Of a stretch of 64,000 nt of DNA, positions 12,927-26,446 are shown one piece after another. The first letter of the stretch is position 1; the number at the start of each line of letters is the position of its first letter. Under the pieces are notes generated by a model. That model had not been told where the DNA came from. It saw only the letters and a list, made by a program, of their open reading frames with translations, and made no database searches. The translations under genes were made by a program, and so were the position numbers. This stretch comes from Octopus sinensis (lineage: Eukaryota), in NCBI RefSeq assembly GCF_006345805.1, contig NC_042997.1:143840001-143904000 (forward strand), in the 5' to 3' direction.

Positions 12927-15900
12927 TGGCGTGCGGTGACTTCCGGCGTTGGGCATGCAATTAATTTCATTGCCCCCTTCCCCTCCCACCGGCAATTTTT
13001 CAGTAAAACATTTTCGTATTCCTACGATTTACATATAAGAGATTCTGAATATGCAGAATAAACAGGGAATAAAAAATGGCTGTGCAGAGATGATCCTGAA
13101 ATAAGTGTATTGTTTGTATTATTCTTTGCTCTTCGAAACGTCAGTACTTTCCCATCCTCATTCTCCCTTAGAAAAGTCTAAAAATCATAAGTGAAATGTA
13201 ATAAAGATGAAATTGGATTCTGTCAATATTTTTGCATATTCAGAATCTCTGTTAAAGGTAGGAATCCGAAAAAAAATTTTCACATAAATTCGTTTTTCAA
13301 AGGGGTGCTATTCTGCATTAGCCCCTATACCTATCGGTTGAGCTGAATGAAATGATTTAATTAAAAGAACACATTTAGTTACATTATATGGCCATGGTTT
13401 TAGATCGTTACGCTCTCGAAGACAAGTCAGGTTCTTTATCATGCTACTTGTCAATCCGGGAAAATTATTGACTGTTCTGAGACTTACTGAACTCCGTACA
13501 TTAAGGACTACGTCTCACGCACAAACATTGAAAATACACGCATATACATGAATACGCACACAATGAAGACAGCGAAAATTCAACATTGTAAAAAGCCTCC
13601 CAAAACTGTTGTGGCAGAAGTCAACATCTCTGAGATTGAAACAAGACACTTATTGAAAGTGAAACAAAACACTTATACTTACGCCGTAAATAGACTACAC
13701 CCAGCAGCACAGAAAGGGAAATATATGTAGGTAGGTTTCACGAAGAAATCAAAACATTTCTCCTGCGAAACAATACTGATGTAAGAAGGTCGAACCTTAC
13801 GTTATAACAAACACTAAGCAAAACCTGTAATATATGCTCTTTAATATATATTTTTTTTAATGTTTTAAAATGTTACTTAGCTCATTTATAAATTAATTCA
13901 ATTCTTCGATTTCTGGGCAAATATATCTATCACATTTTCATAGAAATCTTCTCTTTTCATCAATTCTTGTAATAAATCTTTTTCAATTGACATTAGTGCT
14001 AACCCAGACAGTCTTCTTTCTCCTGTCGCATTTCTTTGGTATGTTTTAATTCTACTTAATGCAGAAAAGGATCGCTCTACAGAAGCAGTGGTAGACGGAA
14101 TTGTCAAAATCAACTTGCACAGATTGAAGAGTTCTGGCATAGCTTCAACAAGATCAGTGCTGTTAATGTAACTCATTAAAATTACTTACTTGGTTTTTTA
14201 AAATCTTTCATTGAATACATCACATTGAGCTCACTTTGTAATCGTATTACATCAAAAAATCTGCCATAAGTTGTTCTTAAAGAATCTAAAGAGTCCACAG
14301 GAAATTGTTTGCAATACTCATCAACTTTGTTGAAATTCAAAAGTTCCATGAATTTAAACTCTTCTAAGGATGAATATCGTGCTTTTATTTGGTCAACTAT
14401 TGTACTTATAATTTTGTTATAAAGCGTTCTATAATGTCGTTGGGGATCAATAGATATATTCTTGGATCTCTGAATTCCGATTCCTGCATCGACTCCATAT
14501 TTTTCCCCTAACCTATCATAAAAGACTGAAAAATTATCAAGTTTGTTTTCGAGTACAGTTCTAGTTTTATCTATTTGCTGTTTACAATACACTATGTCAT
14601 GACTTTTACTCTGGAGTATGTTAAATAAGACGTCAGTAAAAGAAAAAATGTCACTGAATACCTCTAACAAAAATAAGAAATCAGGAGCTTTTAAAATGTG
14701 TAAGAATCCAATTGCTGAATTTATGGTGGTCTCATCCCATGCTTCAGGATTTTCAATGATGTGTTCAAAAAGGCTGATTATGAAATTATAATTTTCCTTT
14801 GTGGTAATAATAAGACGTGAGGAGTAATTCCATCTAGTTGCTGTTGCTTTCGGAAATCTTTTTTTAACAATATTATCTAATGCATTAGTCCTTTTCGGGA
14901 TTTCGTTAAAAAATGTACCGAGTCCATTTATTGTAGAAAAAAATATCTTGCATTCTTTCATAGCAGAGCATGATTGTGAAAGAACTAAATTTAGGATATG
15001 GGCACAACAATGAATAAAGATCGCACATTCATATTTCTTTCTTACTTTTGCCTGTAACCCATTTAGTTGTCCTGCCATTGTAGCGGTACCATCATATGTC
15101 TGCGCAATCAATTTGTTTCCACATTCCCACGTCTCAATGCATTTAAAAACATGTTCAGATAAAGCATTTGCAGATCGATCTGCACTAACATCACTAAAAC
15201 CGATAAATCGTTCTTTCGTCACACAGTCTTCTGTAACATAACGTAAAACTGTTGACAGTTGTGAAGATGCTGAGACATCAGATGTCTCATCACAAGAATA
15301 GAAACAAACTTAGCTTGGTCAATTTCCTTCTGCATCTCATTCAACATAACTTTATGAATTGCTTCGATCAAGTCATTTTGAATTCTGTTCGACAGACCAG
15401 TGAAGATAGAAGCTGTATCTAAATGACTTTCCATTTGTTTGTCATACTTACTGATCAAATAAACGAGAGTTATTTATAATTCCCCGATTATTAGAGCCTT
15501 CAGATTCAAAATGACCCCGAAACGATAATTCCTGGAGGCCTAAAAAAATAACAACATCGATCAATCGTTGCAGAATGGATCTGTTTCGTCGAACTTTCTC
15601 ATTATGCTGTTGTATGCTTTGATTTTTACGTGCATCTAATTGTAAGTCTATGCGAACATTCCCGAATATTTTAAGGTCTATCAAACATTTTATATGCCTT
15701 TGAGAACGCTCGTGCTTTAGCATAGCCATATGTAAATTATTTAAATCATCATAGCCTTTATCATTCCAAACATTTTTTTCTAAGCCAAAAAGTAAACACG
15801 GCCAACAGAATAATTTATTAAGAGCAACACTTCCAGTTAACCATTTCTTCTTTTCATACGAATTAACCTGAAATTGTCTCGTGAATTTCTTGTTGTAGCT

Positions 15901-16717
15901 TCGCAAATTAGGTAAATTCGGTGTTGGTCTCCCGCGATTTATAATTAATTTTTTCCCATCGAAGTCCCTTTTAGAAAAACTAGTTCTCAAAATATCGTTT
16001 ATAGCACACATTTCACTCATTTTTAAAAAGGCTGCTCTTATTTAAGGACCCACGTGGAAGCGCCGGCGTAAATTTTAAGTCAATTTCAACAAAACGGAAA
16101 AATACCCTTTGTTAAATTAATTTAAGATTAATTAGCTATTTCTGAAATAAGAAATATAATGTAGATATTTTTGCTTTCAAAACTTTCTAAAAATATGATA
16201 GTGCAAACGGATGTTTTGGATAAAAAATTTCAAACTTACATGCGAAGGCTATTCCAACATTTCAGCTGGCTAAAACAAGAATTATGGGACGGCTCTTGTT
16301 CCGGTCAAAATAGCCAGAGGCGTGATATGCGATCTAAGCACAGCATGACACGCCAAACTGAATTTGTCGAATCGCTGAGAGAGAAGGGGGTGACCATTCC
16401 TCGTAGTATATCTTTTAAACAAAGAAAGAGGGAGAAGGGACAAACTATCAAAGACAGAGAGAAGGGACTCATGCTGTCTTCCCAACGCATGACAAGCGAT
16501 AAATTTATCGAGTCACTAAGATAGAGAGAGAGAGAGAGGAAGGAAGGACAAACTAATACAGACAGAGAGGGAGTGTGTATCATGCGATCTTCTAAAAGCA
16601 TTTATCAAAGCAGATGTACGAAGTGGAGACAATATTTCTAAAACAACTGGACTATTTTCTTTGAAACAAGGAAGGCATGCAGCGCATACCTTGCATTGCT
16701 GAGAGTGCACGCCCCTG
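12924..16717 (-). mobile_element. hAT DNA transposon with both ends (3794 bp)
   Basis: TIRs CAGTGGCGTGC (12924-12934) and GCACGCCCCTG (16707-16717) match at 10 of 11 positions. Both flanks read ATATATAT, consistent with an 8-bp TSD in (TA)n. An internal hAT transposase is present. Confidence 0.9.
13890..16020 (-). pseudogene. hAT transposase (ZMYM1/DUF4371-like), frameshifted
   Basis: Four consecutive ORFs give the N-terminal KKWLTGS...LFCWPCLLF region, DETSDVS (restored across an indel near 15290), QTYDGTATMAG, FIHCCAHILNL, and the dimerisation motif TIPSTTASVERSFSAL. Confidence 0.9.
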
Positions 16718-16784
<67 letters not shown>

Positions 16785-16790
16785 CATATA

Positions 16791-17664
16791 CAGCCTTGGC
16801 CAAAAGTATTAGGCCGTCCCAATATTTTGGGGTTCTGCTATCTCAATGTTAATGAAACTCGTGCACATGGTAGCTTATGGTACATTTCACAATATACATT
16901 AGTTTTAATATCTGGTTGACCCTCCTTTAGCATCAATTATCACTTTTATACTGTACTGTACATATGCAACCAATTATGAGTAAGACCAACGTCTGAAATG
17001 AACTTATGTTTCCTTGATTATTTCAGAGATTTATGCTAAAATACATTGTAGATACAGTTAATAAACAGTAAAATACCTAAAACAAGGGAGTTGAGTGAGT
17101 GTAAGCGAGGTCAAATCGTAGCTCATCGTGAAGATGGAATGTCTCAAAGACAAACTGCTCAGAAGATGAAATATTCTTGATGTGAAGTGCAAACGACTCT
17201 CAAGCGCTTCAGAGAGACAAAAGATGTGAAGGCAATACAAAGAACAGGTAGTAAAAAAGGTTACATCACCTCGTGATGATAGGTCCATCATCCGTCAGTT
17301 GCCCAGAAGCAGAAGAAAAACATCGTCAGAGCTCCGTGCGGACTTCAACGTGGCAAGTACTTCACAAATATCAATCAGAACTGTTAGAAGAAGGCTTGTA
17401 GAGTACGGTCTGAAAGGCTGCAAACCAGAAGGAAGCCGTGGGTTTCTGAAGCGAATATGGAAAAACGTCTTCAGTGGGCCAAAACCCGCTCAAATTGGAC
17501 CAGTGAGCAATGGTCGAGAATCATGTGATCTGATGAAAGTAACTATGAAGTACAATAGTACATGTATTCAATCAACATATAAACTTAATGTAACTGGTTT
17601 GTTGCCCAAAATATTGAAAAAAGTATCTAACATTGGGGTGGCCTAATACTTTTGGCCAAGGCTG
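16791..17664 (+). mobile_element. Tc1 internal-deletion derivative (874 bp)
   Basis: Perfect 25-bp TIRs CAGCCTTGGCCAAAAGTATTAGGCC with TA on both sides. The remnant RELSECKRGQIV...TVRRRLVEYGL...QW..SDES covers the DNA-binding region up to the first catalytic D; the rest is deleted. Confidence 0.9.
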
Positions 17665-17874
17665 TACATATATCTTTTGCGCGCGAATTTTACACGAGTA
17701 GAAGCTTTTTTGAACAATTTTTATCCTGAAAATCACCTGCGTGAATTACACAGGTGCGCAAATTACGTTTTTTTTTACGGTATATAAATGTATATACATA
17801 CACGTATATATATGTATATAACACACACCCACGCACATATATACACACAAATATACGCATACGTATGTATGCAG

Positions 17875-17959
17875 GCGAGGCTGTGTGGTAAGTAGCTTGC
17901 TTCACAACTACATGGTTTGTGAGTGGATTTGGTCGACGGAAACCGAAAGAAGCTCGTCT

Positions 17960-18002
<43 letters not shown>

Positions 18003-18290
18003 ATGTGTATGTGTGTGTGTGTGCGTGTGTGTGTGTGGTGTGTGTGTGCATGTGTATGTGTGTGTGTGTGCGTGTGTGTGTGTGTGTTTTTCCCCTAACC
18101 GTCGCTTGCCAACTGATGTTGGTGTGTTTATGTCCCGGAAATATAGCGGTTCGGCTAAAGAAACCGATAGAATAAGTACTAGGATTACAAAGAATAAGTC
18201 CTGGGGTCGATTTGCTCGACTAAAGGGGTGCTCCAGCATGGCCGCAGTCAAATGACTGAAACAAGTAAAAGAATAAAACAATAAAAATAT
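17875..18290 (+). mobile_element. CORE-like SINE with a deletion in the head
   Basis: Head fragment, (TG)n, body and tail. Confidence 0.8.
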
Positions 18291-18315
18291 ATACGGACAT
18301 ACACTGACAGAGAGA

Positions 18316-18368
<53 letters not shown>

Positions 18369-18789
18369 CTGTTGGTTCACCGAAAAGCGATAAATTACAG
18401 AACTCAATACATAAACTTAAAGCACTCTTTAATACATTTTAACTGAAAGGCTGGATATTTATGGTTATCGTCACTGCATGTCGAAATCTTTAAAAGATGT
18501 TAACGTATAATATAGGTGCAATTTTTGACGCTGGATCCGGATTTGTTGTTCATTTATTCCAGAAAAAGTTTACTAAAATGTTACAAGTGTTCAAAGTTCG
18601 ATAATTTTCAGAATTTTCAGCCAATTAGAAAACAGCTCGTTTGCTGCCTCTGCCATCATCTACCACAGTAGCGATAAGGTAGGGCGGAGCGGGGCACCGG
18701 CATGTCAAAACCATTAAACTAGCTGCAGTAAACAGTGAAAAACATTAAAACATTCGCTGATGCAACTTTGGCTTTGGGAAATGTTTGGG

Positions 18790-19496
18790 AGACTCATCAC
18801 GATTCAGCCATTGACCTGATCGTTTACGGTTATCATAAAGGATCCACTTTTTCTCACAAGTGACTATTCAGTCAAGAAAAGCATCATTAGTGTTTCGCAG
18901 AAAGAGCATTGAGCACACTTCAAAACGCCGAACTTTTTGAATTGCATTGACATCATGCGGTACCGATTTATCGAGCTTTTTCATCTTACCAATTTTCCGC
19001 AGATTGCGTGATGAGACCGTTACAGTACCGACACCAAGTGCCTGAGCATTTTTCTCTGACACTTTGACGTGGGTTTTGTTTAACAATTGCTTTCAATTGT
19101 TCATTGTCAAGACTGCATGACTGTCCTCTACTTTCTTCATCTTCAAGGCTCTCATCACTACTACATAATTTCTGAAAACACCTTCGTACTCTACGGTCAC
19201 TTGTGGATCCCTCTCTCCATGTTCTGTTGATATTGGCAGCAGTTTGGGAGGTGTTGTGCCCAAGCTTGAACTCACGCAAGAAAAATACGCGAAAGTCCCT
19301 TTTTTGTCATGTTCATAATTAAGGGCGCCTATGCTTCAAGGACGTCTTCTATCTGAAATAAGTAGAAAATTATTAAAGAGCATATATCAATTATTAATTA
19401 TGTCGAAATTCACCTAAAATATAATTAAAATACTATGATAAAATTGCGTTTCAAAACACAACACTCAAAGCGGCCATTATTTTTAGAACAACCTAA
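18790..19496 (-). mobile_element. Mariner 5' half, degenerate
   Basis: TIR TA-TTAGGTTGTTCTAAAAATAAT at 19498-19476; ORF pieces EFKLGHNTSQTAANINRTW, KLDKSVPH and (W)ILYDNRKRSGQW. Truncated near 18790. Confidence 0.85.
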
Positions 19497-20556
19497 TACA
19501 ATGTTATTTGAGTAAAATTTAGCTGTTATTTCTAGTATATATTGAGCCATTTGTTTTATATTATTGTTTCTTGTTTTTGTAGATTATGATGTTCAGTTTC
19601 ACATCACCTTTGGCCCACTATCAAACGTATTCCAGCCATGACCTTCCCAACTGTTTTGGAGGGATGGTTGGTCTATCTAAAACTATATTACCCAATGTGC
19701 CACTCCGGTTTCTGTATAGTATAATATAGGGTGTAATCTGAGGTGGGGATTTCACTGCTATTTCTAGCTGCTAAATGGTTCCCTTACTGATCCATTGGTT
19801 TATTAGTTGATGACTACCTTAAACGGAGATTGCATCAAGTTAAACGGTCCTAATTTTGGCACAAAATCAAATATAAATGAAAAGATGATTTGGTTAATTC
19901 TACAGGAATTCTCTTAGAATTAATGCAGTAACATTACAAGAGAAATTTGGTTCTGTGCTCTAACGAGGTTTCGGTAATTCAATCAGCATTATGCCACAAG
20001 AGAAATGAAGATGACCAAAACCAATGAAAGACCAAAGTCAAAGAAACGGTATTTAATTTCGTCTTTAACTTCCATTCCTTCAAGCGTCGATTAAAACAAT
20101 TATCAATCATATATTTGTATATTGAATTAGTTATACCGCATACTACCTAGCAAAATTTTATTCTATATTTAGATAAAATCACTCAATATTTATTTTAAGC
20201 AAATATGGTGAGTAAGAACAACACCTTAATGCAAAAATATAGGGTAGTTCAATGAGATTACAATATAGCAATTTCTAATTTTGGAAGAAGTCAGTAATTT
20301 TTTGAGGAGAGCTTAACCAATTAAATCTACGTTAATACTTTCTTGATATTTTATTTTATTGACCTCAGTAATATTTGAACGTAGAACTTAAAGAGCCAGT
20401 ATCGCAGTTCATTTTGTTTTATTCGACGATCCAACGATTCTGTACCGTTCATCGTACTTAGTACAACAATGTAATGAAACAGTTATCAATATTTGGGGAA
20501 TCTCAGTGTAGATATTCGATCTTCTGGAGATGCCAACCAAATCATATATATACATA

Positions 20557-20599
<43 letters not shown>

Positions 20600-20659
20600 T
20601 ATATATATATTATATATATATATATATATATATGTACATATATATATATATATATATGT

Positions 20660-20983
20660 ATATAGAGGGCATTATTACACATAAAAGCCTCACGCTAAGA
20701 GGGACATCAGTCATTTCTACCAAAAATTTTACTAATCATACCCAATGCAATTTTTCAAAGCAAGACATTTAAAAAATGAATTTAGTCTTATATCACCTGT
20801 GATTTCGCACTTACCGCAGAAGAGTTTGCGACCATGCTCATCAGTAAGACTGATTCTGAACATATCATAAATTAACGACCAGTACCGTCAAAGTCGAACA
20901 GCCAACTGCCCTATTCCAACGAAGCACATGGAGAAGTTTACAAATCATATATCCGGTAAATGGCGGGCTTCTTCGAATTGCAT

Positions 20984-20990
<7 letters not shown>
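20660..20990 (-). repeat. Solo, diverged relative of the 478-bp HHR repeat unit, embedded in (TA)n
   Basis: Shares TATAGAGGGCATT, CGCTAAGAGGGACA, TCAGTCATTTCTACC, AATGCAATTTTTCAAAG, CAACGAAGCACATGG and CGAATTGCATT with 34496-34800. Confidence 0.9.
20784..20851 (-). ncRNA. Type I hammerhead ribozyme motif
   Basis: Minus strand reads AGUCUUA CUGAUGA GCAU-(ggu-CGCA-aacucuuc-UGCG-guaa)-GUGC GAAA UCAC ag GUGA UA UAAGACU. Stem I is 7 bp, the G10.1-C11.1 pair is present, and the predicted cut follows AUA at 20791. Confidence 0.85.
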
Positions 20991-21017
<27 letters not shown>

Positions 21018-21035
21018 ATAATATATATATATATA

Positions 21036-21071
<36 letters not shown>

Positions 21072-21227
21072 ACATATATATATATATATATATATGGATA
21101 TATATATATATATATATATGTACATATATATGTATATATATATATATAATATATATATATATATGCATATATACATATACATATATATATACATATATAT
21201 TTATATGTATACATACATACATACATA

Positions 21228-22480
21228 TCAGGTCATCCCATAAGTTCTGTTCGAATTCTGAATAAAGAAAACAAGTGATCAAATGTTATATTTAATTGAA
21301 ATTTAATCATCAATGTACTTTCCCTGGTTATCTATGACTTCCTTTCATCTATTTACAAACTTTTTAATCCCACCAATGTAAAACTCTTTTGGTTTCAAAG
21401 CGAAGAACTCTGAAATGTCAGTTTCGACCTCCTCCTGACTTACGAAAGCTATATCCCCCAAATGATTCTGTAAACTACGAAACAAATGGTTGTCTGAAGG
21501 AGCAGGGTCAGGAAGGAGAATAAGGTGGATGAGGAATTTTTTCCCAACCAAGCTCTTCGACCTTCTGTGATGTGATCTTTGCAGTGTGGGGTCGCGCATT
21601 GTCTTGATGAAACATCACTCCTTTTCGATTCACTAAAGCGGGTCTTTTTTCTTCAAAGCTTGGTTCAAACGCTCTAATTACTGACAGTAGACTTAAGCAT
21701 TGATTGTTGCATTAGGGGAATTACTCCTTTGCAAGCCCACCAGATAGAGAGAAGAACCTTTTTCCATGAAATTCCATTCTCGGTTGTTGTTGAGCCTTTT
21801 CCCCTTTCCCAAGCCACTGTTTACGACGTTTAACATTTCGATAGAAGATCCATTTTTCGTCACCACTCACAACTCTATCCAAAAAGAGTGAAATGAGTTC
21901 GCGAGAATGGAGATAGCAGCAGATGTCAACTCGGGATCTGCGGTTGCTTTCGAACAATTCATGAGGCATCCATTTTCCAAGTTTAGGAGCCTTTCCAAGT
22001 TGTTGAAGATGACGATGAACAGTTGTATGGTTTGAACTAATCTTTATTGCCAATTCTTCAACTGATAATGCAGGATTTTCTTCAAGTAATGCCTCAAGGA
22101 GCTTATCAAACCCAACTTCATCTTCAAGGCTGAAATCTCCACTTCTAAATTTTGCAAAACATCTTCTGCAAGTTCTTTCATTCAAGCATTCTTTCCCATA
22201 AACTGAGTGTATGTTTCGAGTCTCTTCGGCTGCAGAGTTTCCTTTTTTGTACTCATAAAGCATAATGTGCTTCAAATGCTCTTTGGATACTTCCATGTTA
22301 GAAAGGGTTTTAATCAAAGTAATTTTAATAATATTATTCTGTAAAATAATATTTAATTAGTTTAAACGTACACAAATGCATAAAAATAATTTCTAATTCC
22401 ATTAGACATTCTAAAATACTATTAAAATTCATTCAATTTTAAAAAAGGTAAAATCGGACAGAACTTATGGGATGACCTCA
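21228..22480 (-). mobile_element. Mariner element, full length, degenerate transposase
   Basis: TIRs AGGTCATCCCATAAGTTCTGT at both ends. ORF 21721-22317 has MEVSKEHLKHIMLYEYKKG...VSGDEKWIFY; the C-terminal APSDNHLFRSLQNHL lies in ORF 21345-21599. Confidence 0.9.
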
Positions 22481-23170
22481 TCCACACACACACACACACA
22501 TATACTGGCCGTTGGACTCGGCGTTGCTCGTGTTTTCCATGTTGAGGTTAAGCCCACTTCTGATCTGGTATTGAAATCTTCTATGTTTCCCGTGCCTAAA
22601 ATATATTAAGATGTTATATCTGGTTCAGCAGGGGTTTTACCCGGTTGACGCTTTCGACATACTCCTACATTATGGACCGTCTGAAATCGCAGTCAAACTC
22701 TTGGATGTAGCTCGACCCGTTGAGAGTGATGCTTGTTTATTTCTTTCCCCTTAATGCCGCCCTCTGTCCAAATTTGATCAGTGTGTCCAATCTCAGAAAA
22801 CTCCGAAGTCAAGTGTTAAGGTTATGCCATAAAATAGAATCCATGTGACCATTTGCATGAAAATATCCCATTGACTTTTAAATCACAATACATTACATGA
22901 ATAATCGATGTTTCATAATTCGAAGTGCTTAATTGTACTCATGGATCAATTTTCTTCAAAACCAGTTCATTATTTTATTGTGAGTGAATTTTGACGATTT
23001 CTACCTTTCACCAGTTCAATTTTAATTCTACTACATGACTCAACCATAAACTTTACCTAAATGTCAAATTTCATCAAAATTGGATGAATTCTGTAAACTC
23101 TTGATATTTTATCAAAATAAAAAGAACTCTCTTACCCCCTATAATCAATCTTTAACTATTTTAATCACGT

Positions 23171-23271
23171 AAAATATTAATCCTCTGCGTAATTGCATAC
23201 AGCATAAAATATTAATCCTATGGGTAATTGCATACAGCATAAAATTTTAGTCCTCTGGGTAATTGCATACA
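23171..23271. repeat. 35-bp minisatellite, about 3 copies
   Basis: AAAATATTAATCCTCTGCGTAATTGCATACAGCAT-like units start at 23171, 23206 and 23241. Confidence 0.9.
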
Positions 23272-23827
23272 AAAAGTCTATTGACTTCTTAAAATCCCCC
23301 GCTCATGTACAATTAGCGACTTTTTGCCAACTCTTCATACTGGCATCAACTAATGGACATGAACTGTAATCATTTGTAAAATTTCTACAAAATCGATAAA
23401 ACTGTCAGTAAGGAAATGCTTATTTGCATTTCTGGCCTTTTCAAGCCCTTTAGAATTAAATAAACCTTTACCGTCTCGCCCACCACAAAATTTACCTACA
23501 TCTCAAATTCCATTAAAACTAAAATCACGATGGGTATTTGCACGCAAAAAACCTATTGATTTTATATAACCATTGCTCAGGTGCAATTATCAATTATCAA
23601 TTTAATAAGTTGTAATTTCTCTCTCTCTCTCTGTATATGTATATTTCTTTGCGCGTATGCGTGAGTGCGTGTTTGCTTCGAGTGCCAAAAAGTACTGTCA
23701 CCAAAACAGGTTCTATGCCCAGTGAGCTGTGCCGAATCGCCAGCGGCCTAACAGATGCGGTCAATCGTCTCTTTCTGTTAAACCTCCTCATCTCACACAC
23801 ACACACGCACGTACACACACACACACA

Positions 23828-23858
<31 letters not shown>

Positions 23859-23960
23859 ACTACATGCACACACATTGAGTAAAGGACTGACGCTCAACTA
23901 TGATGTTGTTATTTCCTGTTCTGTTTGTAGTTGCTCTACAGCAAATTAAAAAAAGGCGAA

Positions 23961-24444
23961 ATTCTGGTGTAAGCATCCCATATAACTCCTCATAACTTAT
24001 TTTATTTTTGGAATCTTCAAAAATTTTTGTGAATTTGTGCTCTACACGCGGAAATTCATACGAGTATAAACAACATACTCTCCCAACACTAAATCCTAAA
24101 AGTTTTGTTCCTTTACGGATTTTTAAAATACGGATAATCCGAAATTTTGCTTAAATCCCGGCAGTGGACTACCCTTGGGTTCATCATCATTCCATTAAAT
24201 GTGTTTATGAGGAGAAAGACTTGAAAAACATCAACACATGGCAGAGTGGCAAAAAACGAGGACGGTTTAAGGTGGCCATGAGATGTACTAAAAACAACAA
24301 CTAAATCACCCTTAAATCATACACACATAAATTCCATAATCGTATGAATTTGCGTGTGTAGAACACAAATTCACAAAAATTTTCTGATACTTCCAAAAAA
24401 ATAGAAAACTTATGAGCGGTTATATGGGGTGCTTAAACCAGAAT
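23961..24444. mobile_element. Old MITE-like element with imperfect inverted arms of about 105 bp
   Basis: ATTCTGGTGTAAGCATCCCATATAAC...TTTTTGTGAATTTGTG...AAATTCATACGA (23961-24065) matches the reverse complement of 24340-24444. Confidence 0.7.
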
Positions 24445-25474
24445 CTTACCATTAAAAGTTCTGTCAAAATTGAATTACTCTTACACAGATCATAGAGCAA
24501 GAACATCAGTAAACCTGATAATAGATGCAATGCACAAATAGCTTGATCACACCATAGAGCAGCAGCTGCAGAAGCAACGTCACTGACATGATATTAATTG
24601 CTCTGTAGAAGTATATTGACCCTATTGTATATTTCATATGTTCTGCTCTCAGTTATACCGACTCCCTTCTAATTAAGATCCTTTGTCATGATTTCGAGTC
24701 CCTTAACAAGAGACCATTTTGGCAGCTGTTTCATCATGGATGACAGCTAAGTAGTTCTGTACACGGTGCCGCCAACGTCGGATGTGATGGAGCAGACTTA
24801 TCTAATCAAAATCAGTAACTGGTTTATTTTTGAGTAATAAATAAGAGAAACACCCTTTATCTACCAACGTAGCATTATTCAAACCGGATTACAAAATATA
24901 TCTTACATCAAGCAAGAGGAATCTGACTTGTAATATTTTAACTGAAATTGATAACAACAAAACTAACATTAATACTAACAAAGCAGTACTACGATACCCA
25001 TAAATCGTATCAGACAACGTAAGCATTTTTCTCAGGAAAATTAAATAAAACGAAAGAAGAAAAATAGAAATGGATCTCCATCGGTTTCGAAGATGAGTTT
25101 TCAGTTGTTCGATCAACTGAGCTACATGTTCATTGAACTGGCCTATAAGTGACTGACTATTTTCCAGAAAGGTATGCTCTCGGCATATTTTTCGTGGGTG
25201 GATACAGCATGACACAGGGTGTATGATAAGGCTTGCCGAAGCCATGGTAAATAATGTTTGGTCAAGGTGCCACGTATTGAATCCAAACCTCCTGACAGTG
25301 AAGCGAACTTCTTAACTATTGGACCATACTGCATCTACGTACTTCCATGTATGCATGCTTATATGAATACATACATACATACATACATACATACATACAT
25401 ACACACACACATATATGTATATATATATATATTTTTTAAATTTGATATATATATATATATATATATATTGCTAC

Positions 25475-25620
25475 AGGCGTGGCTGTGTGGTAAGAACCTT
25501 ACTTCCCAATCACATGGTTCCGGGTCCAGTCCCATTGCGTCGCATCTTGAGCAAGTGGCTTCAACTATAGCATTAGCCGATCAAAGCCTTGTGGTAGACG
25601 GAAACAGAAGCCCGTCTTAT
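25475..25620 (+). mobile_element. CORE-like SINE head
   Basis: GGCGTGGCTGTGTGGTAAG...GGACGGAAAC-type sequence as in the other copies. Confidence 0.75.
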
Positions 25621-26321
25621 ATATGTACATGTATATATATCTGTGTGTGTGCGTGTGTTTGAGGGAGAGAATGAGGAAGAGAGGCATGTATATATATATA
25701 AATATAAATATAAATATATATAAATAACTACATGCACATACATGTATATATGTATACGTAGAAGCACATACATATTCACAGATGCACGCAAATTCACAAA
25801 TCTCTAGAACTGTCTGGATTCAAACGTCGAAACGTTATTAGTGACCAGCTTGAAGACTTTAAATAACTTCTCTGAGAAAAAAATTAAATATATATCAATT
25901 AAAAAGTCATACATAGCCAAAAGCCAGCTCTAATGTGGCCAACAAATATGACACACGACCATCCCATCATATTCTCAGACATCTGCAAATACATCAGGAA
26001 ATGTTTTTTTTTTCTGTTTTAAGAGAGATACGATTTGAAGGAGAAATTACAAGTATTTCTATCAGATCGACTGCGACCATGCTGGGGAACGATCTTGAAG
26101 GTTTGTTTTAGTCGAACAAATAAGCGCAATAATTATTTTCCTTTTTAGCTTGGTACTTATATGACTAAACAAACCAACACGTAAACAAACCAACACCAGT
26201 TGTCGTGAAGACAAAAACACAGACACAAACACACATGCACCCACGCCCATAGAAGCACACATATCAGTGTAGGAATATATACGACGGGCTTCACGCAGTA
26301 GCTTCGTTTACTACGACATAT

Positions 26322-26392
26322 GCCGTGGGCGCAGTGGTTAAGAGCGAGGGCTACTAACCCCAAGATTCCGAGTTCGATTCCAGGCAGTGACC
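26322..26392 (+). mobile_element. tRNA-Arg-like SINE head followed by (CAA)n(TAA)n
   Basis: A-box-like TGGGCGCAGTGG and B-box GTTCGATTC; AAGATTCC resembles tRNA-Arg(ACG) as recalled. The acceptor stem does not close. Confidence 0.6.
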
Positions 26393-26446
26393 TCAATAAC
26401 AACAACAACAACAACAATAATAATAATAATAATAATCATACTGCCC

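Noticed and set aside
26322-26392. Possible tRNA gene
   Set aside because: The acceptor and T stems do not pair properly and it runs into a (CAA)n/(TAA)n tail, so it is treated as a SINE head.
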